Source: Acidimicrobiia bacterium (GTDB lineage Bacteria > Actinomycetota > Acidimicrobiia > Spongiisociales > ZC4RG35). From it: a DNA stretch of 64,000 nt. Shown piece after piece: positions 55,109 to 64,000 of this stretch; the first letter of the stretch is position 1; each line of letters opens with the position of its first letter. Location: contig CBDFJY010000002.1 of NCBI GenBank assembly GCA_965248705.1, forward strand, positions 1,322,980 to 1,386,979, written 5' to 3'. Below the pieces are notes generated by a model, which had not been told where the DNA came from, ran no database searches, and was given only the letters and a program-made list of their open reading frames with translations. The position numbers were made by a program, and so were the translations under genes.

Positions 55109-56236
55109 CTAGTGCATTTGGGGGTGGTTGCTCACCCAAACGGTATTCCCTTCGGGATCGGTTACTCCCGTCAGGTCGAGAGGCAGGCTTGTTCGAGAGG
55201 CTGGCATCTTCATCACTGCCAGGCCCTGAGCGGTCAGATAATCTTCCCACTCTCCTATGTCGTCCGCCCACAGCACGGTCTCTCTTGATCCGGAGGGCGG
55301 CGAATTGGCTTGCCTTTTGCGGAGGATGAGGTAGGCGCCGCCGATCGCCATCCACACAAACCCGCGGGTGGCCATCCGGGGCGCGGTGATCTCATGCAGG
55401 CCGAGGGCCGTGGAGTAAAAGTTGGACATCTTTTCCAGGTCGTCCACCCAGACAATCATGCTCATCCCTCCTCGGCGGCTGAGCGACGGCGCCTCTTCCC
55501 CGGCCATTACCGTTTTCTTGGCTTGCGCCAGGCTGAATCGGCCGTGGGTTACCTCTCTTCCCACGATCACCCCGGCCAGTTTGCGGCCCGACACCGACAA
55601 CCGGGCCAGGGCGCTGAGGTCATCCACCGATCCCACGCCGCCCGCCACTATCACCGGCTCGGGCACCAATCCCAGTACTTCCCCGTAGATGTCCAGGTCG
55701 ACTGGTTCCTTCAGCGGATCACGCCCGGCTTCGGCCACCAAAAAGGAGGCCACTCCCGCCGAAGACATCTCCAAGAGCACCTCTTCGAGGTAGCGTCCGC
55801 TTCGTTCCGACCACCCCTGGGTGACGATCTCATGGTCGGACCGGACATCGAGGGACACCGTGATCTTGCCTGGATAGTCCCGGCAGAGGTCCCAAATCAT
55901 GATCTGGTCTTCGATGGCGGCGGTTCCCATCACCACTCTCCAGGCGCCGTTTCGGATCAACCGGGCGGCCTCGAGATGCGAGCGGATTCCTCCCGCCACC
56001 TGTACCGGTGTCTCCAGTTCCGAGACGATGGCGTCGATCAGGGGCCGGTTCTGGTAGTCGCCCAACGCCGCAGCGTTGAGATCCACGACATGCAAATAGT
56101 CGGCGCCCTGATTGACCCAGCTCTTGGCGCGGCTCAGGGGATCGTTGTCCAAGACAATGGCCTGGGTTACGTCACCGGTGGGGAGGCGGACCGATCTGCC
56201 GCCCAGAATGTTTATTCGCCCATAGACGTCCATGCT
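55109..56236 (-). CDS. HisA-like (beta/alpha)8 isomerase domain fused to a C-terminal VOC/glyoxalase-like domain
   Basis: Start trimmed to MDVYGRINILGGRSVRLPTGD. HisA-like motifs HVVDLNAA, VAGGIRS, SLDVR, VIVAGGVGS and GVIVGRE. The first catalytic Asp of HisA (IDL) reads N (INIL). The C-terminal 120 aa (MSMIVWVDDLEKMSNFYSTALGLHE..) look VOC-like. Confidence 0.6.
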   Translation of the reverse strand, partial: SMDVYGRINILGGRSVRLPTGDVTQAIVLDNDPLSRAKSWVNQGADYLHVVDLNAAALGDYQNRPLIDAIVSELETPVQVAGGIRSHLEAARLIRNGAWRVVMGTAAIEDQIMIWDLCRDYPGKITVSLDVRSDHEIVTQGWSERSGRYLEEVLLEMSSAGVASFLVAEAGRDPLKEPVDLDIYGEVLGLVPEPVIVAGGVGSVDDLSALARLSVSGRKLAGVIVGREVTHGRFSLAQAKKTVMAGEEAPSLSRRGGMSMIVWVDDLEKMSNFYSTALGLHEITAPRMATRGFVWMAIGGAYLILRKRQANSPPSGSRETVLWADDIGEWEDYLTAQGLAVMKMPASRTSLPLDLTGVTDPEGNTVWVSNHPQMH

Positions 56237-56282
56237 GTTAAGAAGAATACCCGCTCTCGGGCTGGTTTTCCATACCAAATTG

Positions 56283-58169
56283 CTACAGAGGTTCGAGTTC
56301 CAAAGCCTGCTCGGCCGATTCCAGGGTTTGATTTCCCGCCAGCACCGGCAGGAACAGGTCGCCATAGCGGGAAAGACGCTCCCAGAGGTTGGTGATATCA
56401 ATGTCGCCGTTGCGGAAATGTCCCACCTCTTCCCAGAGCAGGGGAACAGAGACGGGAGCGCCGGGAAGGGGGCGTACCGAGTACACCGAGGCGATCGTCT
56501 GGCCGAAAGCGTTGCGGTTGTGGTCGATGAACACCTTCCCCGCCCGCTTGGGCTTGTCCCAGGCGATGGTCAGGTCGTCGGGGTTGGCCGCCACCAACAA
56601 CCCGGCCACTGCTCCCACGAAACGCCGCACCCGCTCATAGGTGTGGACGGGCCGGAGGGGAAGGTAGACGTGCATGCCGCGGCTTCCCGAAAGCTTGGCG
56701 ACCGACCGCAGCCCCAGTTGCTCCAGCGCCATCCCCAGCAGGCGGGTTCCCGCCACCACCTGGGACCATGAGGAGCCCTCGGCCGGATCGAAGTCGAATA
56801 CTGCCCAGTCGGGGTATCCGAGGTCCGGGTGGCGGGAATGAAAAGGGTGGGTTTCCACACACCCCATGTTGGCGAACCACATCAGGGACTCGGGGTGGTC
56901 GGCGCAGAGAAAGTCGATATTCCCGCCCGCCGAGTGCGAGCCCACCGGGAGGGTACGCATCCACTCGGGCTGGTGTCCCGGCGCTCGCTTCTCATAAAAA
57001 GACGGTCCCCCGATCCCGTCTGGATAGCGGGACATCGAGAGGGGGCGGTCCCGGAGATGGGGGAGGAGCGTGGCGGCTATCGAGGAGTAGTAGGTGATCA
57101 GATCACCCTTGGTGTAGCCCTCGGGAAAAAACGGCTTCGACAGGTTGGAGAGCCGTAGGGGAAGAGTGGCGTCGGTTGGCCGGTAGCGGTCTTCCACCGG
57201 CTCGACCGGCGTGGGGTCGGGGAAGTCCACCAGCCCCGATCCGGCCGGCAGGCGGGTGGACGGCTCTTCTTCCAGCCGGTGGAGAACCGAGCGAAGTTCG
57301 GCGCCGATGGCCAGGTGGCTCTTCCACTCCCGCGCCTCGGAGATGACCACCATCGCCAATCCCGTCTCATGGGCGGCCTCGGCCAGAGGGCCGATCCGAA
57401 GAGTCCCCTCTCCGTAGGGAAGATGGCTGATCTCCCCGGCGGGTCCGAATCGGTTGTCGGTGAACTGGGTGTGGAGGGGAGAGAGCATCCAGGCGGGGAA
57501 GGAGTCTTTTATGAAGGCCATCACCGTTTTGAAGCGCTCTGTTCCGGTCAGTCCGCCGCCCGACATGGCGTGAAGATGCGCCCAGTCGATCACCGGTCTC
57601 ACGAAGGGGAACTCCGCAGCCAGCAGGGCAATGTCGCCCAGCGTTCCGAAAGAGCGGTTATTGCCGGCGGTCTCGATCCCCAGTCCCACCCCCAGGTGGG
57701 CCACTTTGGGCGCCAGCATCTCCAAACGTTCTCGGATCGTCTCCATTACCTCGTGCGGCGGACGACCCTTCAGATGACCGGCGTGGGCGACGATCAAGGG
57801 AGCGCCCAGTTCCCGTCCGAGTTTCATGGTGTGCTCCAAAGCCGAGAGGCACATGCGGGCCTTCTCGGGGTCTTCGACGGTCAGCACCGCGAAATAGGGA
57901 GCGTGCGCAGAGAGCCGAAATCCCCGGGCGGCGGCCTGTGTTCCGAACTGGGCGCACCGCGCCTCTTTCCAAGGGAAACCTTTGACGAACGAAAGCTCAT
58001 AGGATGAGATATTCTGCTTTGCTAGGCCGTCCAGGAAAGCTCCGTCGTCGGCGCCCCGAGGAGGTGGGGGGCCCGACACTCCGAACAGGATGGGTTCCCG
58101 GCGTTTGCGGGTGGTGGCCATGGCCGCTATTAATGGTTGCCGAGGCACCGTCCAACCCCGCGCGGGCAA
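56283..58169 (-). CDS. fusion protein: AP endonuclease IV-like TIM-barrel domain plus LigD-type primase-polymerase (PolDom)
   Basis: N-terminal ..LSAHAPYFAVLT.. and ..VAHAGH.. resemble Nfo (HAPYLINL). The C-terminal half contains ..GSRGMHVYLPLRP.. and ..KVFIDHNRNAFGQT.., typical of the NHEJ LigD polymerase domain. Confidence 0.6.
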   Translation of the reverse strand: MPARGWTVPRQPLIAAMATTRKRREPILFGVSGPPPPRGADDGAFLDGLAKQNISSYELSFVKGFPWKEARCAQFGTQAAARGFRLSAHAPYFAVLTVEDPEKARMCLSALEHTMKLGRELGAPLIVAHAGHLKGRPPHEVMETIRERLEMLAPKVAHLGVGLGIETAGNNRSFGTLGDIALLAAEFPFVRPVIDWAHLHAMSGGGLTGTERFKTVMAFIKDSFPAWMLSPLHTQFTDNRFGPAGEISHLPYGEGTLRIGPLAEAAHETGLAMVVISEAREWKSHLAIGAELRSVLHRLEEEPSTRLPAGSGLVDFPDPTPVEPVEDRYRPTDATLPLRLSNLSKPFFPEGYTKGDLITYYSSIAATLLPHLRDRPLSMSRYPDGIGGPSFYEKRAPGHQPEWMRTLPVGSHSAGGNIDFLCADHPESLMWFANMGCVETHPFHSRHPDLGYPDWAVFDFDPAEGSSWSQVVAGTRLLGMALEQLGLRSVAKLSGSRGMHVYLPLRPVHTYERVRRFVGAVAGLLVAANPDDLTIAWDKPKRAGKVFIDHNRNAFGQTIASVYSVRPLPGAPVSVPLLWEEVGHFRNGDIDITNLWERLSRYGDLFLPVLAGNQTLESAEQALELEPL

Positions 58170-58277
58170 AGATAGGCCGGGTTGGCTGTCATAAGGCCAT
58201 TTTTTAAGAAAGTGATGTTTATAGTATCATACGAAAGTGAGTCAATACCGGCTCATCACCTAGGTAAGGAAGTAAAT

Positions 58278-58478
58278 ATGGATCTCCAAGGTATAAGCAT
58301 TGTGGTAGCGGCCATCGGGGCTATCAACTGGGGTTTGATCGGACTGTTCGGCTTTGACCTGGTAGCGGCCATCACTACCGCTGGCAAGTTCGGGTCAACC
58401 AACCTCATCTCACGAATTGTTTATGTCATCGTCGGGATAGGGGGCGGCTGGGCGCTTTACATCCAACTCTTTGGGTAG
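58278..58478 (+). CDS. DUF378-like small membrane protein
   Basis: MDLQGISIVVAAIGAINWGLIGLFGFDLVA. The ATG follows an AAGGAAG RBS in a locally AT-rich, promoter-like stretch. Confidence 0.5.
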   Translation: MDLQGISIVVAAIGAINWGLIGLFGFDLVAAITTAGKFGSTNLISRIVYVIVGIGGGWALYIQLFG

Positions 58479-58510
58479 GGAGCACCAGAGCATCCACTGA
58501 TAATCGCCGT

Positions 58511-58568
58511 CGTCCCATCCTGGCGACCTTTTTCCCAAGCGGGAGTCGGCAGGATGGGACGGCTTTTT
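58511..58568 (+). terminator. putative intrinsic terminator after the DUF378 gene
   Basis: 11-12 bp stem (cgtcccatcctg .. caggatgggacg) with a long loop, followed by gcTTTTTg. Confidence 0.4.
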
Positions 58569-58709
58569 GTTGCACGGGCTAAGGTTTTGGATGGGGCAGG
58601 AAAGAGAAAGCACATTGATGAACATGCTTAAGCGTCCAAAATGGCGTTCACCGGATCACCGCCGGGTGATAGGGGGCGAGGTGATGACCTGATGGGAGGT
58701 GATGACCTG

Positions 58710-59576
58710 ATGGATGGAGACATCCGGTTCGGGATCTGCACCGATCAGTCGATGCCCTACGCCACTTTGGTGGACCGGTGGCGCTACTTTGAGGAACTGG
58801 GGTTCGACAGTGTCTGGGACTGTGACCATTTCCTCCGGCCCAGCAATCCCTCCCATCCCTACTTCGAGGGGTGGACTCTGTTGGCCGCCCTTGCCACCCA
58901 AACCACCCGGATCCGGGTGGGGGTGCTGGTGGGAAGCAACACTTTCCGTCACCCCGCGCTCTTGGCGCAGCAGGCCATCACCATCGACCACATCTCGGAG
59001 GGGCGCTTGGAGTTCGGTTTCGGCGCCGGATGGTTTGTGGAGGAACATCAGCGGTTCGGGATACCTTTCGGTGATCCGCCGGTGCTGGTCGAAAGGTTCC
59101 GAGAAGCGGTCGAGATTATCGACTCGCTCCTCTGTGGCCGGGAAGTCACCTATGAGGGTCGGCACTATCAGCTGAGTGAGGCCCGGCTCCGGCCCCGGCC
59201 GGTGCAGTCTCCCCGTCCGCCTCTCACCCTGGGCGCACACCGTCCTCGTATGCTGGCGATTTGCGCGCGGTTCGCCGACCGGTGGAACTCGTTCGGGACG
59301 GTGGAGGAGATCGCCGAGCGCAATCGGCTGCTGGATCAGGCCTGTGGGAGGATCGGGAGGGATCCCACCGAGATCATCCGCTCCTTCTACGGGTGGTCAT
59401 CCAACATGGCCGCCCAGGGTCTGCCCGACCCGTGGTCGAGCCCCGACGCCTTCACCGAGGTGGTGGGCAGATACGTCGAGGCGGGGGTGAACGAGTTCAT
59501 TCTGGATCAACCCCGTCCCGAACAGTTCAAGATCGCCGAACGGATCGTCTCGGACGTCATCGAGCCGACTCGTTGA
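58710..59576 (+). CDS. LLM-class (luciferase-like monooxygenase family) flavin/F420-dependent oxidoreductase, tandem copy 1
   Basis: MDGDIRFGI..VDRWRYFEELGFDSVWDCDHF..GW..LAAL..T..IR.G.LV..N..RHPALLAQQA.T.DH.S.GRLE.G.G.GW is the LLM fold pattern. Start chosen at the ATG after the GGAGGTGA RBS. Confidence 0.7.
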   Translation: MDGDIRFGICTDQSMPYATLVDRWRYFEELGFDSVWDCDHFLRPSNPSHPYFEGWTLLAALATQTTRIRVGVLVGSNTFRHPALLAQQAITIDHISEGRLEFGFGAGWFVEEHQRFGIPFGDPPVLVERFREAVEIIDSLLCGREVTYEGRHYQLSEARLRPRPVQSPRPPLTLGAHRPRMLAICARFADRWNSFGTVEEIAERNRLLDQACGRIGRDPTEIIRSFYGWSSNMAAQGLPDPWSSPDAFTEVVGRYVEAGVNEFILDQPRPEQFKIAERIVSDVIEPTR

Positions 59577-59791
59577 GTGGCGACGGGCCGTTTGGCCGGC
59601 GCTGTAGGGCGGGCATCCGCAAATTGTTTTGTGTTATGTTGGTTATGACATTGGAAATGGCCGAATGATCGTGCCGCTCGGCCCCAACGGCGTGCGCAGC
59701 GCGGGGGGAACCACCGATGCGCACCGTGGATGGCGCACCGAAGGCGGTTCGAGGAAAACCGGTTTGTGATGAGAGTCGAGGTGATGCTCTG

Positions 59792-60655
59792 GTGAAAGGA
59801 ATGAGGTTCGGTGTTTACACCCCCCAGTGGAAGCCGTATCGGGTTCTGGTGGAGAATTGGCGGTATTTCGAAGAATTGGGGTTCGACAGCGTGTGGCCCT
59901 GTGATCATTTCCACAATCCCGGGCATCCGGACAAGCCCTTTTTCGAGGGGTGGACTGTACTGGCCGCCCTGGCTGCCGAAACCTCCCGGATCAGGGTGGG
60001 AGTGCTGGTGAGCAGCAACACGTTCCGCCATCCGGCGCTCCTGGCGCAGCAGGCCATCACCCTGGATCACATCTCCGAAGGGCGGCTCGACTTTGGGATC
60101 GGCGCCGGGTGGTACGAGTTGGAGCACGAGTGGTTCAGGATCCCCCTGTATGAGCCACGGGTGCGGGTGGACCGCTTTTCCGAGGCGATGGAGATCATCG
60201 ATCCCCTGATGCGCGGGGAGACCGTCTCCTATGAGGGTCGGCACTATCAGCTGAGTGAGGCCCGGCTCCGTCCCCGCTCCGTTCAGTTGCCCCGCCCACC
60301 GTTCATGCTGGCCGGCCACCGCCCCCGGATGCTGGGGATCTGCGCGCGGTACGCGGACGCGTGGAACTCCACCGGGACGGTGGAGGATCTCACCGAACGT
60401 AACCGCCTGGTTGACGAGGCCTGTCGGAGGATCGGGAGGGATCCGACCGAGATAGTCCGTTCCTATCTGGGAGGAAACTCCACCCTGGGCCCCCAGGGTC
60501 TGCCCGATATGTGGTCGAGCCCCGATGCCTTCTCGGAGGTGGTGGGGCGATACGCCGAAGCGGGGGTGAACGAGTTTATCTTCGTCGAACCCCTGCCCGA
60601 GCAGTACAAGATGGTCGAGCGGATCGCCTCTGAGGTGATCGAGCCGAGCCGTTGA
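59792..60655 (+). CDS. LLM-class oxidoreductase, tandem copy 2
   Basis: Paralog of copy 1 (..NWRYFEELGFDSVWPCDHF..). GTG start 7 nt after AGGTGA. The annotated 59717 start adds unrelated leader residues. Confidence 0.7.
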   Translation: MKGMRFGVYTPQWKPYRVLVENWRYFEELGFDSVWPCDHFHNPGHPDKPFFEGWTVLAALAAETSRIRVGVLVSSNTFRHPALLAQQAITLDHISEGRLDFGIGAGWYELEHEWFRIPLYEPRVRVDRFSEAMEIIDPLMRGETVSYEGRHYQLSEARLRPRSVQLPRPPFMLAGHRPRMLGICARYADAWNSTGTVEDLTERNRLVDEACRRIGRDPTEIVRSYLGGNSTLGPQGLPDMWSSPDAFSEVVGRYAEAGVNEFIFVEPLPEQYKMVERIASEVIEPSR

Positions 60656-60706
60656 GTGCGACTGCCCGGCGGGCCCGTTTGTGATGAGAGTGGAGGCGAT
60701 GCTCCG

Positions 60707-61570
60707 GTGAAGGGATTGAAGTTCGGACTCACCGTGACTCCGTCCGAGCCGTATCCGGTCCTGGCGAAGAAGTGGCGGTACTTCGAGGAGTTGGGGTTCG
60801 ACAGCATCTGGCATTGTGATCATCTCCTTCGTCCCAACGATCCGACCGGTCCCCTCTTCGAGGCGTGGACTCTGCTGGCCGCCCTGGCCACCGAAACCTC
60901 CCGGATCCGGGTGGGTGTGATGGTGACCAGCAACGTCCTCCGTCATCCCGCCCTCCTGGCGCAAGAGGCTATCACCGTCGATCACATCTCCGAGGGGCGC
61001 CTGGAGCTGGGGATTGGCTGCGGGTGGTTCGAGGAGGAACACAAGCGGTTCAGGATCCCCCTCTATGAGCCACGGGTTCGGGTGGACCGATTTGAGGAGG
61101 CCTTGGAGATCATCGACCCCCTGCTGAGGGGGGAGACCGTCTCCTATGAGGGTCGGCACTATCAGCTGAGCGAGGCCCGGCTCCGTCCTATGCCGGTGCA
61201 GTCGCCCCGCCCGCCCCTCACCCTGGCCGCCCACCGTCCCCGGATGCTTCGGATCTGCTCCCGCTATGCGGACCGGTGGAATTCCTCAGGAACGATCGAG
61301 GAGATGGCCGGACGGAACCGGCTCTTGGACGAGGCCTGTGAGAGAATCGGGAGGGATCCGACCGAGATCATCCGTTCTTTCCGCGCGGGAGTCTCCAACG
61401 TGGGCAGCCGGGGCCTGCCCGATATGTGGTCGAGCCCCGATGCTTTCACGGAGGTGGTGGGGATATTCGGAGAGGCCGGCGCGACCGAGTTCATCATGGA
61501 CCAGCCCCGTCCCGACCAGTACCAGACGGTCGAGCGGATCGCGTCGGAGGTCATCGAACCCAGTCGTTAA
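60707..61570 (+). CDS. LLM-class oxidoreductase, tandem copy 3
   Basis: Paralog. GTG start (VKGLKFGL) overlaps the uORF stop. Confidence 0.7.
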   Translation: MKGLKFGLTVTPSEPYPVLAKKWRYFEELGFDSIWHCDHLLRPNDPTGPLFEAWTLLAALATETSRIRVGVMVTSNVLRHPALLAQEAITVDHISEGRLELGIGCGWFEEEHKRFRIPLYEPRVRVDRFEEALEIIDPLLRGETVSYEGRHYQLSEARLRPMPVQSPRPPLTLAAHRPRMLRICSRYADRWNSSGTIEEMAGRNRLLDEACERIGRDPTEIIRSFRAGVSNVGSRGLPDMWSSPDAFTEVVGIFGEAGATEFIMDQPRPDQYQTVERIASEVIEPSR

Positions 61571-61609
61571 GGTGGAACCGTCTGTGATGAGAGTGAAGGT
61601 GATGTTCCG

Positions 61610-62473
61610 ATGAAGGGCTTTAGAGTCGGAATTTCCGCCATGCAGTACGAGCCGTATCCGGTTCTCCGGAAGAAGTGGCGATATTTTGAGGAGTTGGGGT
61701 TCGAGAGCATTTGGCACTGTGATCATTTGCTTTTCACCTCGGATTCGACCGTTCCCCTCTTCGAGGGTTGGACTGTCCTGGCCGCCCTGTCCGCCGAAAC
61801 CTCCCGGATCCGGCTGGGGGTGCTGGTGAGCAGCAATGTCCTCCGTCATCCCGCTCTCCTTGCCCAGGAGGCCATCACCGTCGATCACATCTCCGAGGGG
61901 CGCCTGGAAGTGGGGATTGGCTGCGGGTGGTTCGAGGAGGAACACGAGCGGTTCGGAATCCCGCTGTATGAGCCGGGGGTTCGGGTGGACCGATTTGAGG
62001 AGGCCTTGGAGATCATCGACCCGCTGTTGCGGGGAGAGACCGTCTCCTATGAGGGTCGGCACTATCAGTTGGCAGAGGCCCGGCTCCGTCCTCTCCCCGT
62101 TCAGTTGCCCCGCCCGCCCCTCACCCTGGCCGCCCACGGTCCCCGCATGCTTCGGATCTGCGCCCGCTACGCGGACCGGTGGAACTCCACCGGGACAGTG
62201 GAGGAGATGGCCGGACGGAACCGGCTCCTGGACGAGGTGTGTCGCAAGATCGGGAGGGATCCCACCGGGATCATCCGCTCCCTCCGCTTATCGATCCCCA
62301 AATTAGTCTCCCGGGGTCTGCCCGATCCGTGGTCGAGCGCCGGTGCCTTCACGGAGGTGGTGGGCAGATACGGAGAGGCCGGCGTGGACGAGTTCATTAT
62401 CGACCAGCCCCGTCCCGACCAGTACAAGACGGCCGAGCGAATCGCGCTGGAGGTCATCGAACCGAGTGGTTGA
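61610..62473 (+). CDS. LLM-class oxidoreductase, tandem copy 4
   Basis: Paralog. ATG start (MKGFRVGI) overlaps the uORF stop (ATGA). Confidence 0.75.
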   Translation: MKGFRVGISAMQYEPYPVLRKKWRYFEELGFESIWHCDHLLFTSDSTVPLFEGWTVLAALSAETSRIRLGVLVSSNVLRHPALLAQEAITVDHISEGRLEVGIGCGWFEEEHERFGIPLYEPGVRVDRFEEALEIIDPLLRGETVSYEGRHYQLAEARLRPLPVQLPRPPLTLAAHGPRMLRICARYADRWNSTGTVEEMAGRNRLLDEVCRKIGRDPTGIIRSLRLSIPKLVSRGLPDPWSSAGAFTEVVGRYGEAGVDEFIIDQPRPDQYKTAERIALEVIEPSG

Positions 62474-62681
62474 GTTGGGACTGGCGGGTGGGCTGGAGGG
62501 CCATCGTGGGGACGGAGAACTCGGTGTATGTTGGTGACGACATTGGAAGAGGCCGAGTGATCGGGTTGCCGGGGCCATGCCGGCGGGTGCGGCTCGGGTA
62601 GGATCACCGATGCGCGCCGCGGGTGGCGGTAGAGAATATGATCGGGGAATGCCCGTTTGTAACGAGAGTGGAGGTGATGGT

Positions 62682-63560
62682 GTGACGAAAGGACTGAGGT
62701 TCGGTATTACCGTCGTTCAGTCGGATCCGTATCCGGTTCTGGCCGAGAAGTGGCGGTACTTCGAGGAGTTGGGGTTCGACAGCATCTGGCACTGCGACCA
62801 CCTCCTCCGTTCCTTGGATCCGACCGCTCCCCTCTTCGAGGCATGGACCCTGCTGGCCGCCCTGGCCGCCGAGACTTCCCGGATCCGGGTGGGAGCGCTG
62901 GTGAGCAGCAACGTCCTCCGCCATCCGGCGCTCCTGGCGCAGCAGGCCATCACGGTCGATCACATCTCCGAGGGCCGCCTGGAAGTGGGGATTGGCTGCG
63001 GGTGGTTCGAGGAGGAGCACCGCCGGTTCGGGATCCCCCTCTATGAGCCGGGGGTGCGGGTGGACCGCTTCTCCGAGGCCCTGGAGATCATCGACCTCTT
63101 GCTGGTGGGGAAGACGGTCTCCCATGGGGGGCGGCATTATCAGTTGAGCGAGGCCCGGCTCCGTCCCCGCCCCGTGCAGTTGCCCCGCCCGCCGTTCATG
63201 CTGGCCGCTCACGGTCCCCGGATGCTGCGGATCTGCGCACGCTATGCGGACCGGTGGAACTCGTTCGGGACGGTGGAGGAGATGGCCCGAAGGAACCGCC
63301 TGCTGGACGAGGCCTGTGAGAGGATCGGGAGGGATCCCACCGGGATAAGCCGTTCCCTCTGCGTCGAGGACTCCACCAACCTGGCCTCCCAGGGCCTGCC
63401 GGACATATGGTCAAGCCCCGGCGGCTTCGCCGAAGTGGCGGGGAGGTACGCCGAGGCAGGGGTGAACGAGTTCATCATCGAACAGCCCCGGCCCGACCAG
63501 CACAAGACGGTCGAGCGGATCGTTTCAGAGGTGATCGAGCCGGGACGTCGATCTTTGTGA
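62682..63560 (+). CDS. LLM-class oxidoreductase, tandem copy 5
   Basis: Paralog. GTG start (VTKGLRFGI). The leader is degenerated (ATG to ACG). Confidence 0.65.
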   Translation: MTKGLRFGITVVQSDPYPVLAEKWRYFEELGFDSIWHCDHLLRSLDPTAPLFEAWTLLAALAAETSRIRVGALVSSNVLRHPALLAQQAITVDHISEGRLEVGIGCGWFEEEHRRFGIPLYEPGVRVDRFSEALEIIDLLLVGKTVSHGGRHYQLSEARLRPRPVQLPRPPFMLAAHGPRMLRICARYADRWNSFGTVEEMARRNRLLDEACERIGRDPTGISRSLCVEDSTNLASQGLPDIWSSPGGFAEVAGRYAEAGVNEFIIEQPRPDQHKTVERIVSEVIEPGRRSL

Positions 63561-63989
63561 TCAGGCGCTGGCGCTGAGCGGTTTGGTGGGGCGTGACAGC
63601 ACGTACCACCAGGCTACGGCAGCCACCGCCACCAGTATCACCCGCAGCGCGGTGTCGTTGGTGAGCAAGACCGCGGAGACGCTGATCGAGGCTGTGATGC
63701 CCACCAACGCGATGGTCTTGGCGCGGACGGTGAGGCCTCCCTGGTAGCTTCGGATGATCTTTCCGAACACCGGATGGTTGCGGAGCCACATCTCAAAGCG
63801 GCGGGAGGAGCGGGTGAAAAAGAACAGGGCGAGGACCACGAAGTCCGCGGTGGGGATGCCTGGCAGCCAACTCAGGAAAACAAACCCGAGACAGATCAGT
63901 CCCAGGATGAAATAGATCAGGCGGACGAGGGGGAAGCGGGCGATCTTTGCCACGGCCCACAAGGCTACGAAAGTCGGGGCCTTTATCAA
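63561..63989 (-). CDS. DUF454/YbaN-like inner membrane protein
   Basis: Small 3-4 TM protein. ..SWLPGIPTADFVVLALFFFTRSS.. resembles the YbaN family. Confidence 0.45.
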   Translation of the reverse strand: MIKAPTFVALWAVAKIARFPLVRLIYFILGLICLGFVFLSWLPGIPTADFVVLALFFFTRSSRRFEMWLRNHPVFGKIIRSYQGGLTVRAKTIALVGITASISVSAVLLTNDTALRVILVAVAAVAWWYVLSRPTKPLSASA

Positions 63990-64000
63990 AAGCCTCTTGC

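Noticed and set aside
59507-63212. Long minus-strand ORFs (575, 283, 202 aa) across the LLM gene array
   Set aside because: Antisense frames of the five LLM paralogs. They repeat because the sense genes repeat, and they are Gly/Pro/Arg-rich.

Overview
This is a high-GC (about 65-70% by eye) actinobacterial chromosomal segment. The actinobacterial origin is supported by mycothiol mshA, luciferase-like-monooxygenase (LLM) oxidoreductases and a Rieske/cytochrome b respiratory module. I found no rRNA, tRNA or CRISPR.

Gene content, in order:
(1) A minus-strand operon: MtaD-like amidohydrolase, cupin, two SDRs and a class II aldolase/SDR fusion. It sits divergent to an MtnA-like isomerase and a BMP-family nucleoside ABC transporter, which suggests salvage of SAM by-products or nucleosides.
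(2) Two small low-GC cargo islands. One carries a class A beta-lactamase-like hydrolase. The other carries a Dam-like MTase plus a NotI-family REase. Each is inserted at the 3' end of a host gene and is flanked by a 60-115 bp imperfect duplication of that gene's terminus. Neither has an integrase.
(3) An NfeD-flotillin pair.
(4) An atypical split cytochrome b6 / subunit IV / Rieske / diheme cytochrome c operon with an embedded 2[4Fe-4S] ferredoxin. It lies divergent to a cbb3-like module whose CcoN-like subunit appears to lack the canonical His ligands, followed by two paralogous cytochromes c.
(5) Two tandem IS110-family copies. One is frameshifted and contains a G12 homopolymer.
(6) Housekeeping and metabolic genes: mshA, M23 peptidase, lutABC, phnX, aroG, tyrA, tandem crcB, nadE, mgtE, greA, metX.
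(7) A selD gene encoding a selenoprotein. It has an in-frame TGA with a hairpin 11 nt downstream.
(8) A candidate SAM-I riboswitch in the metX leader.
(9) Several unusual fusions: MoaD-membrane protein, HisA(D->N)-VOC, and Nfo-LigD polymerase domain.
(10) Five tandem LLM oxidoreductase paralogs, each preceded by a conserved leader with a short overlapping uORF.

All calls come from reading the ORF translations and the nucleotide sequence by eye. No database searches were run.
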